DNA of 64,000 nt. Source: Octopus sinensis (lineage: Eukaryota). The stretch covers positions 8,122,001 through 8,186,000 of the forward strand of contig NC_043002.1 in NCBI RefSeq assembly GCF_006345805.1, given 5' to 3'. The number at the start of each line of letters is the position of its first letter. Within the stretch, counting starts at the first letter, position 1. Under the pieces are notes generated by a model that was not told the DNA's origin, ran no database searches, and was given only the letters and a program-made list of their open reading frames with translations. Made by a program: the position numbers and the translations under genes. Shown here piece after piece: positions 1 through 11,109 of this stretch.

Positions 1-68
1 TAAGAATGTATGGATCCAGTATGTGAGACACAGAACAAAAAGAAAAAAAACTTGGCCCAGGAAAACAG

Positions 69-1043
69 ATGATTGTACAAGAAATGCACGAAAATATAAT
101 AATAGCAGACATCAATCTTGGCGCATTAAAAGAAGACATTGTCGTGATTCCTAGAATTAAGCTCAATACATCAGAAAGTGAAGAAAATGTACCTCTTGAA
201 AGGACACAGTTTTCGATAAAGTCATATTTCGCAATGACTATGCATAAAGCACAAAAACCGACCATACAAATGTCTTAATTTATCTTGAGAAACCAGTATT
301 CTAGCATGGACAGTTAGTTGTATGTGGCTTTAAGCCGGAGAATAAGGAATGAAAAGGCTAAAGTATTCTTGAAGAAGGGCAGTTCTACCGAAAATGTTGT
401 CATAAAAAGTTTCTCCTTTAAACCACCAAGAGGTACGGTTGTCTTTCTTCAATGCGGAAAGCGTTATCAATACCTATATTGTTGTGTCTGGGGAGAGTAA
501 TTTTCTTTTTGTGCCTTATTATGTAACACACTCACCGGTAAAATTTCCACTTTTTTCTTATTTTTATTGTCCTAACATTTTCGTTGCGTTTTGCAACCTT
601 TAAAGTCAAAACTATTGAAAAGGTTGCAAGATGCAACAAAAATTTTAGGAAAATAAAAATAAGAAAAAAGTGGAAATTTTACCGGTGAGTGTGTTAAATA
701 ATAAGGCACAAAAAGAAAATTACTCTCCCCAGACACAATAGAATAGGCTTCAACACACGAAATCATATAGAGAATCTGCAAACCAAATCCCAAAACGAAA
801 TATATATATAATCTAATATAGGATAAAATTTTCGAAAAAATTCTATCAATGGCCAGCATATTAAAAAATACCTTTAAAGGTTAAATTTATAAACAACTTA
901 TAAACGGAATTTTTTAGAAATTTCTGTCGGCTTGCTTCGAGTGATTATAGTGATAAATTATATGGTTATTGACGATTTGTCTATTTTTAGCATATTTGGC
1001 ATTAGAATTTTTTTCTTTTGCCCTTGTTTATAAGTTGTATATG

Positions 1044-1096
<53 letters not shown>

Positions 1097-1201
1097 TGTG
1101 TGTGTGTGTGTGTGTATGCATAAAATCTATGTCTCCCATTGAATAAACTGATAATCAACCTGGTGCATTATTCACCGGGCAACGCCGGGTAGGAAGTCTA
1201 G
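69..1201 (+). mobile_element. Helitron 3' portion (decayed PIF1-type helicase C-terminus, subterminal hairpin, CTAG end)
   Basis: Translation VVIPRIKL...RTQFSIKSYFAMTMHKAQ...YLEKPVF*HGQL..YVALSR...TENVV matches Helitron helicase C-terminal motifs. Hairpin ACCGGGC-AAC-GCCGGGT at 1174-1190, CTAG at 1198-1201 followed by T. Confidence 0.88.
482..738. repeat. Foldback with about 120-bp arms inside the Helitron 3' region
   Basis: 482-601 is the near-perfect reverse complement of 620-738; loop about 18 nt. Confidence 0.9.
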
Positions 1202-1496
1202 TATATGCATGTGTGTGTGTATACGTATATACATACATACATGCACGCATACATTTACTTATATATATATGTGTAGTATTGCAAGCCAGATAATCTTGCA
1301 ATTATTCGATAAAAACTCCCTCCAAGGATGTTTAAAATCTAAAAGCAATAATAATCAAAGAAGATAACACCAATAATATCAGCCAACTGTAATTCTTGGG
1401 AAATTAAGATAAAAGCAGGTTTGCAGCGAATATATACATGTGTGTATATATTTACATGTGTGTGTATGCGCGCGCGCGGTATGAGATATATATGTT

Positions 1497-2237
1497 TCTT
1501 CATTACCCATAAAGGGCTAAATATAGAGTGGACAAACAAGGACAGACAAACGAATTAAGTCGATTACATCGATCCCAGTTCGTAACTGGTACTTCATTTA
1601 TCGACCCCGAAAGATGGAAGGAAGGCAAAGTCTCGGCCGGCGGACGGAATTTGAACTCAGAACGTAGCGGCAGACGAAATACCTATTCTTTCTCTACCCA
1701 CAAGAGGCTAAACACAGAGGGGACAAACGGATTAAGTCGATTACACCGACCCCAGTACGTAACTGGTACTTCATTTATCGACCCCGAAAGGATGAAAGGC
1801 AAAGTCGACCTCGGCGGAATTTGAACTCAGAACGTAGCGGCAGACGAAATACCTATTTCTTTACTACCCACAATGGGCTAAAAACAGAGGGGACAAACGG
1901 ATTAAGTCGATTACACCGACCCCAGTACGTAACTGGTACTTCATTTATCGACCCCGAAAGGATGGAAGGCAAAGTCGACCTCGGCGGAATTTGAACTCAG
2001 AACGTAGCGGCAGACGAAATACCTATTTCTTTACTACCCACAATGGGCTAAAAACAGAGGGGACAAACGGATTAAGTCGATTACACCGACCCAGTACGTA
2101 ACTGGTACTTCATGTATCGACCCCGAAAGGATGAAAGGCAAAGTCGACCTCGGCGGAATTTGAACTCAGAACGTAACGGCAGACGAAATACGGCTACGCA
2201 TTTCGCCCGGCGTGCTAACATTTCTGCCAGATCGCCA
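1497..2237 (-). mobile_element. tRNA-derived SINE family B, four-unit concatemer (about 170-bp period)
   Basis: Head with B-box GAGTTCAAATTCC and a central GCCTTTCATCCTTTCGGGGTCGATAAA..AGTACC domain. Other loci at about 10640-11055(-), 13786-14280(+), 24715-24946(-), 35504-35730(+), 57203-57593(+), 62082-62502(+). Confidence 0.88.
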
Positions 2238-2325
2238 AGAGAAGAGATGTGTGAGAGTGAGTAAATGAGTATATGCGCTGGCATGCATGTGTAAAGGGAG
2301 AAAAAGAGAGCGGGAGGGAAAAAAT

Positions 2326-2459
2326 TGTGTGTGTGCGCGCGCGCGTGTGTGAGTGTGCGCGTGCGTGCGTGTGTCTGTGTGTGTGCGTGTGTGTGTGTCT
2401 GTGTGTGTGTGTGTGTGTGCGTGTGTGTGTGTCTGTGTGTGTGTCTGTGAGTGTGTGTG

Positions 2460-2492
<33 letters not shown>

Positions 2493-2599
2493 CTGTGTCT
2501 GTGTGTATGTGTGTGTCTGTGTGAGTCTGTGTGAGTCTGTGTCTGTGTGTGTGTGTGTGTGTCTGTGTATGTGTGTGAGTGTGTGTGTGTGTGTGTGTA
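2326..2599. repeat. Long compound (TG)n microsatellite; similar tracts at 1022-1117, 15150-15605, 16502-16842
   Basis: Directly visible; source of the HT/CV-rich spurious ORFs. Confidence 0.97.
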
Positions 2600-4387
2600 T
2601 TCTCCATGTCCATCCATAAAAGATGAGATAAAAGTATGAAGCGAAAAGATTTGTTAATAAACCAACAATATGGCGGTAACATGTATTCGCAACTGGTGGC
2701 CTTTCTTTCCTTCCACTGCCAGCGAGGATTCGCACACAACTCTTACCCATCACAACCCTTCGTTATATTTAATAACACTGGATAACACAGCGAAATTAAA
2801 AGCTCCAATGTTTGTGTTCGGGTTGTTTGTGTACCCGTATATGCGTCTACCTGCATAGATGTGTGCGAGTGTGTACATATATGTGTGTGTGTGTGTGCGT
2901 GTGTGTTTTGGCTTGATTTTTTCTATGGTTCAACAGTTACCAACCACTTTCTTTGAATTTAAATACTTACCTCATTCGACTATAGGCAACAATTTGTTCC
3001 CATATTCCTGTGATTAGAGCATAAAAACAACAACAACAACAACACCAATAAAACAATAACAACAGCCACAATAACAACAATAATAACATAAACATACGTA
3101 GATTATTCGTTTGTTTAACTTTTTCCTCCTCCAATTTTAAAAAGTTGTTATGTGTGTGTTTTTCTATATCTTTATGGAATTTTTGCTTTTTTTCCTCCTT
3201 TTTTTTTCTCTGGTGTTTTAGCTGTTGTCTTTCTTCGTTTTCCTTCCAGTTTGAAAAGATTTACAAATTATTCATGCTTTCCTAGCATTTTTCACTATTA
3301 AAATCTTCAAGATATTAAATGTCTTAAAAAATCATTTTAAGAAATTTAAAAAGTCTTTTTTTTATTTTTTATTTTTTTTTTATCAATTTTCACAGCAGTA
3401 ATATCAGATATTAACAGTTTTCTCTTTTTGTGCTTTTGTTTTTATTTGTAGCTGTTTTGTTGTTTTTGTATTTTTTTTACTGTTTGTTATTAGTTTTTGT
3501 GCATGTGAATGCTGTTGTTGTGTTTTTAGTTTTTTTTTTTTTTGGCTTTGTTTTTTTTTAATTTTATGCTTAAAATCAGCTTTATTTTCAATATCGTGCT
3601 GGAATGTTTCGTTCATTATTCTAAATAAGATTATTTAAATATTTTTTTTCTTTCTTTTGCTTTCTTGTATATGTGCGTTTTTCTATCTCAATTTTTTTTT
3701 TTAAGATTTAATTTTATTTTTTAATTTTCTCCAATTGCCGCCTGTACAGCCAATTTTGAAATGGTCCACATTCTATATAATATTAGCTGGCTTTCGCTAC
3801 TAACATTAACTCCATACCACAACACCACTATTAACTACCAGCCTTCATCACAAACATTTCCTGTGTCATCACCATCATCATCATCATCATCATCATTTTC
3901 ATCACAGCCACTTCCAAAATCACCATTTTTAACACAACCACCATTAAATGACCACCACCGCCACTACACCCCATCGCAACAACAACAACAAACCAGCCGT
4001 CAAAACCGTAAATCTTCTTTTCCAATTTAGTGATATTGATATGACAGCAGACACATCACACATGTACACACACACGTTCACACATGTTTACACACACGCA
4101 CACACACACACATACACACACACACCCTATTATTAATTTACATTGAATGGTGAAATAACTTTGTCTAAAGCTTTGCTTCACGGGCAAAACGATTGCAAGG
4201 GATCTAATCCACTCAGCACTGCATTTGCAGCTCCAATAATGTACCGTACTTTCCAGTGTATAAGACGTGCTTTATATATATATATAATGAGGGTGATAAA
4301 TTAGATATTTATTTAATTAACATCGATTTCACACCAGTGGTCTAGCATATAAAAAAACCTGAAGGTTCAGTAAAATTGTATTATATA

Positions 4388-4855
4388 GGCGCAGGAGTAG
4401 CTGTGTGCTAAGTAGCTTGCTAACCAACCACATGGTTCCGGGTTCAGTCCCACTGCGTGGCATCTTGGGCAAGTGTCTTCTGCTATAGCCCCGGGCCGAC
4501 CAATGCCTTGTGAGTGGATTTGGTAGACGGAAACTGAAAGAAGCCTGTCGTATATATGTATATATATATATATATATTATATGTGTGTGTGTGTGTGTGT
4601 GTTGTGTGTGTGTGTGTGTTGTGTGTGTGTTGTGTGTTTGTGTGTTTGTGTTTGTCCCCCTAGCATTGCTTGACAACGATGCTGGTGTGTTTACGTCCCC
4701 GTCACTTAGCAGTTCGGCAAAAGAGACAGATAGAATAAGTACTGGGCTTACAAAGAATAAGTCCCGGGGTCGATTTGCTCGACTAAAGGCGGTGCTCCAG
4801 CATGGCCGCAGTCAAATGACTGAAACAAGTAAAAGAGTAAAAGAGTAAAGAGTAA
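4388..4855 (+). mobile_element. tRNA-derived SINE family A (full copy; internal (TA)n(TG)n; GAGTAAAA tail)
   Basis: A-box-like ...GCTGTGTGCTAAG, B-box GGTTCAGTCCC, 3' stem-loop CAGTC-AAAT-GACTG. Further copies at about 9950-10230(+), 14510-14929(-), 15765-16265(-), 20449-20850(-), 28011-28127(+), 29060-29280(+), 31060-31225(-), 32190-32418(-), 43800-43915(-), 49172-49575(+), 56527-56672(+). Confidence 0.88.
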
Positions 4856-5007
4856 TATTAGAGGGAAACCACTATGTGGACACCCTTATGCTAGAAATAG
4901 ATCCGCTATGGTCTTACCACTAAGAAATGTTCTCAAGAAAAATTCAGCAAAACAACCAAAACGTAATCGAGCAAGACAAAAGAAAAAGCAATAAAAATAA
5001 GGATTAT

Positions 5008-5079
5008 TCGCATACATGTTTCACTATTAACATATTACGTAATTTTACTTACATAAATATCCGTAGATCATCGGTGCGA
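5008..5079 (-). ncRNA. Minimal type-I hammerhead ribozyme candidate HH1
   Basis: UCGCA-CCGAUGA-[long stem II]-GAAA-CAUG-UA/-UGCGA: 5-bp stem I, palindromic ACAUGU stem III, GUA site. Deviations are U4C and U.U at the base of stem II. Confidence 0.65.
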
Positions 5080-5591
5080 CCGTCCAGATGAATATAATTT
5101 GCAGGACTGCATACTACGACGTCCGCACAAAGTCAGACTTATATATATATATAACACAAAGTAAGTTAGGGGTTATGGGTGCAACCCACTAAGGGATAGT
5201 ATTTATCCAATATACTATTGGTAAAGTACCCAAATTCTTAATACATAAATGTTTTTAATTGCAATGCAATTAATTTATTTATTGTATTAAACGGGTGAAG
5301 GTAAAGAAATATTTTACCGTTAATTTATAATACAAATAAGAAAATGGAGAAACAATTTAGTTTGTTCATCAACTTTCGGATATTAGAATGTTGAATTATT
5401 TATTCATTTAACAAAATGAGAACCCTTAATAGCATATATATAGATCTTATAATTCAATACATATAAGATAAGAATACAAATTATAAAAATCATATTATAA
5501 ATTATTGAAATCATTAAAATCACTCCTTACAGCTGTATTATTAATAATAATAGTAATAATAATAATAATAATAATAATGATGATGATGATG

Positions 5592-5628
<37 letters not shown>

Positions 5629-5635
5629 TAATAAC

Positions 5636-7985
5636 GGTAAGCTAGTTCAGCTGCTCAATGGAATTATGAGAGACCCAAAGAAAACACCTGAATGGTTAGC
5701 AAGTGGCATTACTTACCTACTCCCAAAATAACGAAACCAACCTTCCAAAAAACTATCGGCCTATAACCTGTCTATCCACCACGTATAAAATCCTAACATC
5801 TATCCTGGGGAGAAAACATATGCATTCATGGAGAAGAACGATATTTTCTCCAATGAACAAAAAGGGTGCCGCCGAGGCTCTTACGGATGCAAAGATCAAC
5901 TGCTAATCAATCGTATGATCCTTGAGAACTGTCACAACAAGCGCAGAAATCTCAGCACCGCATGGATTGACTATAAAAGGCCTTCGACAGTATACCGCAT
6001 CCATGGATCTTGAGATCGCTGGACATCTTCAAAATTTCCCCTGTGATTTCAAACTTCCTGAAGCACAATATGTCGTTGTGGAATACGAATCTCCAATTAT
6101 ACCACTCTAATGGAGTACTTGCCTCAGAAAATATAAACATCAACTGTGGAATTTTTCAAGGTGACTCACTTTCACCTTTAATATTCTGCATAGCCCTAAT
6201 ACCCCTTACAAGTGAATTAAACAGAACAGGGTATGGGTATAAAATTGCCAATAAAAAATAGCCATCTATTTTATATGGATGACTTAAAACTTTATGGTAA
6301 AGACAATAATGAACTTGAGGTCTATTGCGCACCGTGGAAGCATTCAGCGATGACATCGGGATGGAGTTTTGACTTGAGAAGTGTGCAAGGCCACTTTCCA
6401 GAAAGGGAAAGTGAAGACCACAAATTCAGTCGTGTTAGATGTTGACACAGTCATAAGAGAGCTTGACAAGAACAAACATACAAATATTTAGGGATAAATG
6501 AAGGCTCTGGTATTCAGCATGCAAGCATGAAGAGAAAATCAGGAAGGAATGTTATAGGAGAGTTCGTGCAGTCCTGAAATCTGAACTAAATGCACGTAAC
6601 AAGGTTTAGCTATAAATTCCTTAGCAGTTCCAGTTGTTACTTATAGCTACAATGTGTTGAACTGGAATATGAGTGAAGTAAAGAATATAGATAGGAAAAT
6701 ACGCAAGCTGCTGAGTTGTAATAGGATGCACCACCCAAAGGCAGACGTAGATCGCCTTTACCTTCCCAGCCCAAGGAGGTCGAGGCCTGATCCAATTTGA
6801 ACTAGCTTACAAAACAACCACAATTGGACTGGCCAAATCTCTGGAACTATCGAATGACTGGATGCTAAGCTCGTGGAAAATCACGAGAGACGAAAGAAGC
6901 TTCATTCTATCATAAGGAAAGCAAAAATTTGCTATTGATCTCGTGCAGGATACCCAAACTGAACAACCCGAGGGAAGTACGGCAACTATTGTTGCAAGAA
7001 GGTGAAAATGATGGCAATGAAAAAGCCACGAGCAATTGGCTGATAGGTGGGAGGAGAAACCTCTGCACGGCAAATATGTGACCCGCAGCAAACAAGCTGA
7101 TGTTGACAAGAAGCAAACCCATCAGTGGCTACGGAGCTCAGGGCTAAAGCAGAGAGCGAAGGTTTCATCCTGGCTGCTCAAGATCAAAGCCTATTAACCC
7201 GGAACTACCAGGCCAATGTGATGAAAAATGGAGCGACCCAAAATGCCGATTCTGCAACGATATGATTGAAACAGTGGACCACCTAATCTCTGGATGTAAA
7301 GTCTTAGCACCAGTGGAGTATAAATAAGACATGACAGAGTTGGCCAATATCTCCACTGGCTAATAAGTCGGCATTACAATATCAAAACTGCCGACAAGTG
7401 GTATAATCACCACCCTGAGGCTGTAACTGAAGGAGAAAATGTAACCATTCTGTGGTACTTTCCAGTACATACAGACCGAACCATCAAGGCCAATAAACCA
7501 GATATTGTTGTGAAAGACCAAAACAATAAAGTTTACTTATTGATCGACATGAGCATCCCCTGTGATCATAATATCTCAGCGAAAGAGTTTGACAAGCTCA
7601 GAAAATATAAAGACCTACTCATTGAAATTGAGAAAATGTGGCATCTCAAGGCGTTACAATACCAGTGATCGTAGGAGCACTAGGAATGATCAAGAAGGGA
7701 ACCGAAATTATATAGAATGATCCCTGGCTTACCATCCCTGCAAGAAGTGCAAAAGATGTCTTAAACTGGTACATCACACGTATTGAGAAGAGCATTGTTG
7801 ATGTGAGAACTGTTGCTGCTCATGTATTTTAATTTAACTTAAAAAAAAAAAAAATTTTTTTAAATGAACGAACTACTGAGTTTGGTTTAATGGCCTACCA
7901 ATGTATACTATGATTTTCTTTGCCCTAGGAGTCGTGAAGACACTCGGCAAGAAATGGAAGCAATTTGAAGAGAAAAAAAAAGTAA
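5636..7985 (+). mobile_element. 5'-truncated R4/Dong-clade non-LTR retrotransposon (RT + CCHC + restriction-like endonuclease), frameshifted
   Basis: RT motifs NYRPITCL, EQKGCRRG, AWIDYK, GIFQGDSLSPL, HLFYMDDLKLY; C-terminal KCRFC...DHLISGC and KPDIVVKD...LIDMSIP (PD-D/ExK). Flanked by (TAA)n tracts on both sides. Confidence 0.9.
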
Positions 7986-8073
7986 TAATAATAATAATAT
8001 ATAATAATAATAATTCAACATTCTAATATCCGAAAGTTGATGAACAACTAAATTGTTTTCATTTTCTTTTTAT

Positions 8074-8074
<1 letters not shown>

Positions 8075-8160
<86 letters not shown>

Positions 8161-8209
8161 ATATATGTATATATATATATATAATGTATATATATATTAT
8201 ATATATATA

Positions 8210-8242
<33 letters not shown>

Positions 8243-8415
8243 TGTATGTATGTATGTATTATGTATGCATGCATGCATGCATGTATATATATATGTATGT
8301 GTGTAATATTATATATGTATATGCATATGCATATGTACCTGTATATATATATACATATATATACGTATATATATACATATACATATACATATATATATAT
8401 AATATAATATATTAT

Positions 8416-8447
<32 letters not shown>
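8075..8447. repeat. Compound (TA)n/(TATG)n/(CATG)n microsatellite; further (TA)n tracts at about 9500-9590, 16020-16105, 23660-23910, 63595-63675
   Basis: Directly visible. Confidence 0.97.
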
Positions 8448-8818
8448 ATACTAGCTTAAGGTGAGCCGTTCTACGCGCGGTAAGAGTGTGGTTGTTATTT
8501 TCTGTTGCATCCTTTCGGCACGTAAAAAGCACCATCCGAACGTAGCCGATGGCAGTGCCGCCTTGACTGGCTTCTGTGCCGGTGGCACGTAAAAAGCACC
8601 AACCGATCGTGGCCGCTGCCAGTGCCCCTCCCCCCGTGGCACCTGTGCCGGTGGCACGAAAAAAGCACCAACTACAATCACGGAGTGGTTGGCGTTAGGA
8701 AGGGCATCCAGCTGTAGAAACACTGCCAGATCAGACTGGAGCCTGGTGCAGCCTCCTGGCTTCCTAGACCCTGGTCGAACCGTCCAACCCGTGCTAGCAC
8801 GGAAAACGGACGTTAAAC

Positions 8819-8849
<31 letters not shown>

Positions 8850-9523
8850 CTCCCTCTTTGTTTCTCTCTCCTTTCTCTCTCCCTTGCCCACTCTCTTACT
8901 CTTCCTTTGTCTGGGACTCTCCCTCGCTTTCTCTTACTCTCTATCTTTCTCTATCTATCTATCTCCCATTTATAAACAACAAAAGATCTTGAGTAAGGTG
9001 AGAAAGAAAGTAGTTTGAAAGATCAATCATAAATATCAGGCAGTGACAACGGAAAGGTCTGCTTCAAGACAGAAAGCAAAACACTAACATTTAAAAGGGA
9101 CAGACGAACTTGCGAGCTGAAAAAAAAAAATTGGAAACCAAAGTTTGAAAGGATAGAATCTGAGGATAGTAGAGTCACCATGGCTGGCATTTCTTAACGA
9201 CGGACAGTAACATAGTGGCAGTTTAACGGCTGGCGTAAAATTTTGAACTTGATGTAAAAGAAAATTCCTAAACACCAAGCTTTGAAGTGATTCTTTCTCA
9301 CGACAGTAGACTCACCATGTCAAGCATTGAAAACTTCTTCATCATGGACGGCAACACATTGACGATTTAAAGGCTGGCGCAATTTTTTTAGCTTCATGTA
9401 ACAGAGAATTCCTAAACATCCGCTCCTGTAAATTTTAATCCCCTTCAAGCCCCATTTAGACCTCTTACGCATTATATATATATATGTGTGTGTGTGTGTA
9501 CGCATTATATATACAATGTATAC

Positions 9524-9597
<74 letters not shown>

Positions 9598-9825
9598 TTA
9601 AATTAGAGATAAAACCACTATTAGGCAAATCAAACAGTGAAAAACATAAACGAAACATAAAAATAAAAATAAATATAATATACAAAATATATAAAATATA
9701 AAATTTAAAAATTTAAATTATTTAAATTTAAAATTAAAATTATTAATTTATATTTATAATTTTTTTTTAAATATATATAACTATCAAAAAGTATTAAAAA
9801 TTTTAATATACATATTTATATATAG

Positions 9826-9866
<41 letters not shown>

Positions 9867-11109
9867 ACACACACACACACATATATATAAATTAACCCAA
9901 TAAATATCTGATTCATAATATTTGTTCTCATGACTGTGTGGTGGTTGTGGCGATGAAAGAAGCCCGTCGTATATATGTATATATGTGTGTGTCTGTGTGT
10001 GTGCGTGTGTGTGTGTGTGTGTGTTTGTGTTTGTCCCCCCAACATCGCTTGACAACCGATGCTGGTGTGTTTACGTCCCCGTAACTTAGCAGTTCGGCAA
10101 AAGAGACCGATAGAATAAGTACTAGGCTTACAAAGAATAAGTCCTAGGGTCGATTTGCTCGACTAAAGGCGGTGCTCCAGCATGGCCGCAGTCAAATGAC
10201 TGAAACAAGTAAAAGAGTAAAAGAGTAAGAGTATGGTCGAAGTGCTGCTAACCATTTCGCCCGGCGTCTTAACGGTTCTTTCAGCTCGCTGCCTTAATAA
10301 TAAGAAGGAGAATAACAAAAACAGACTAAAATACCACAGTCTGTTAGTACAAGCTTGCAAAACAAGTCGGCGGTGATACGGGAGTTTACATCATTTCATT
10401 ACATCCTCTTCCTCAGCAAACATAACATACGCCTCATATAGCTTTTTACATTATTTAATGACTTTGTTGACTCTAAGACATATTTTTAATTATTTAAATT
10501 AAAAATTCACCTAGATTGATTAAAGAAACGAGTAGATAACAACAAAGTTATGGCGGTGATGCGCATCTCTGCTGGCCGCTCGACGTTGCGCAAAACAACA
10601 GCCAGAAATATGAGATTTGCATCAAGTATGGCAATTCTCTTCATCAAAATACCTATTTCTTTATTACTCATAAGGGGCTAAACATAGAGGAGACAAACGA
10701 ATTAAGTCGATTACATCGACCCAGTGCGTAACTGGTACTTAATTTATCGACCCCGAAAGGATGAAAGGCAAAGTCGGCCTCGGCGGAATTTGAACTCAGA
10801 ACGTAAAGACAAAAGAAATACCTATTTCTTTACTACCCACAAGGGGCTAAACACAGAGGGGACAAACAAGGACAGACAAACGGATTAAGTCGATTACATC
10901 GACCCCAGTGCGAAACTGGTACTTTATTTATCGACCCCGAAAGGATGAACGGCAAAGTCGACCTCGCGGAATTTGAACTCGGAACGTAACAGCAGACGAA
11001 ATACGGCTACGCATTTCGCCCGGCGTGCTAACGATTCTGCCAGCTCGCCGCCTTAACTATACAAGTGATCTGAAAGAAGATAAAAGTTGAAATACGGAAC
11101 TTTTATGAC

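Noticed and set aside
2081-2753. Long HT-, CV- and IY-rich ORFs (also 8048-8535, 15062-15666, 16421-16901)
   Set aside because: They are translations of (CA)n/(TG)n/(TA)n microsatellites, with no splice or protein-family evidence.
3761-4030. S/Q/P-rich + strand ORF (and a D-rich minus frame) as a host exon
   Set aside because: Built from degenerate CAT/CAA/CAC trinucleotide repeats, with no recognisable domain or partner exons. It cannot be fully excluded without RNA-seq.
4329-4848. Recurrent ORFs such as [23 protein letters not shown] and [14 protein letters not shown]
   Set aside because: Translations of SINE A; not coding.
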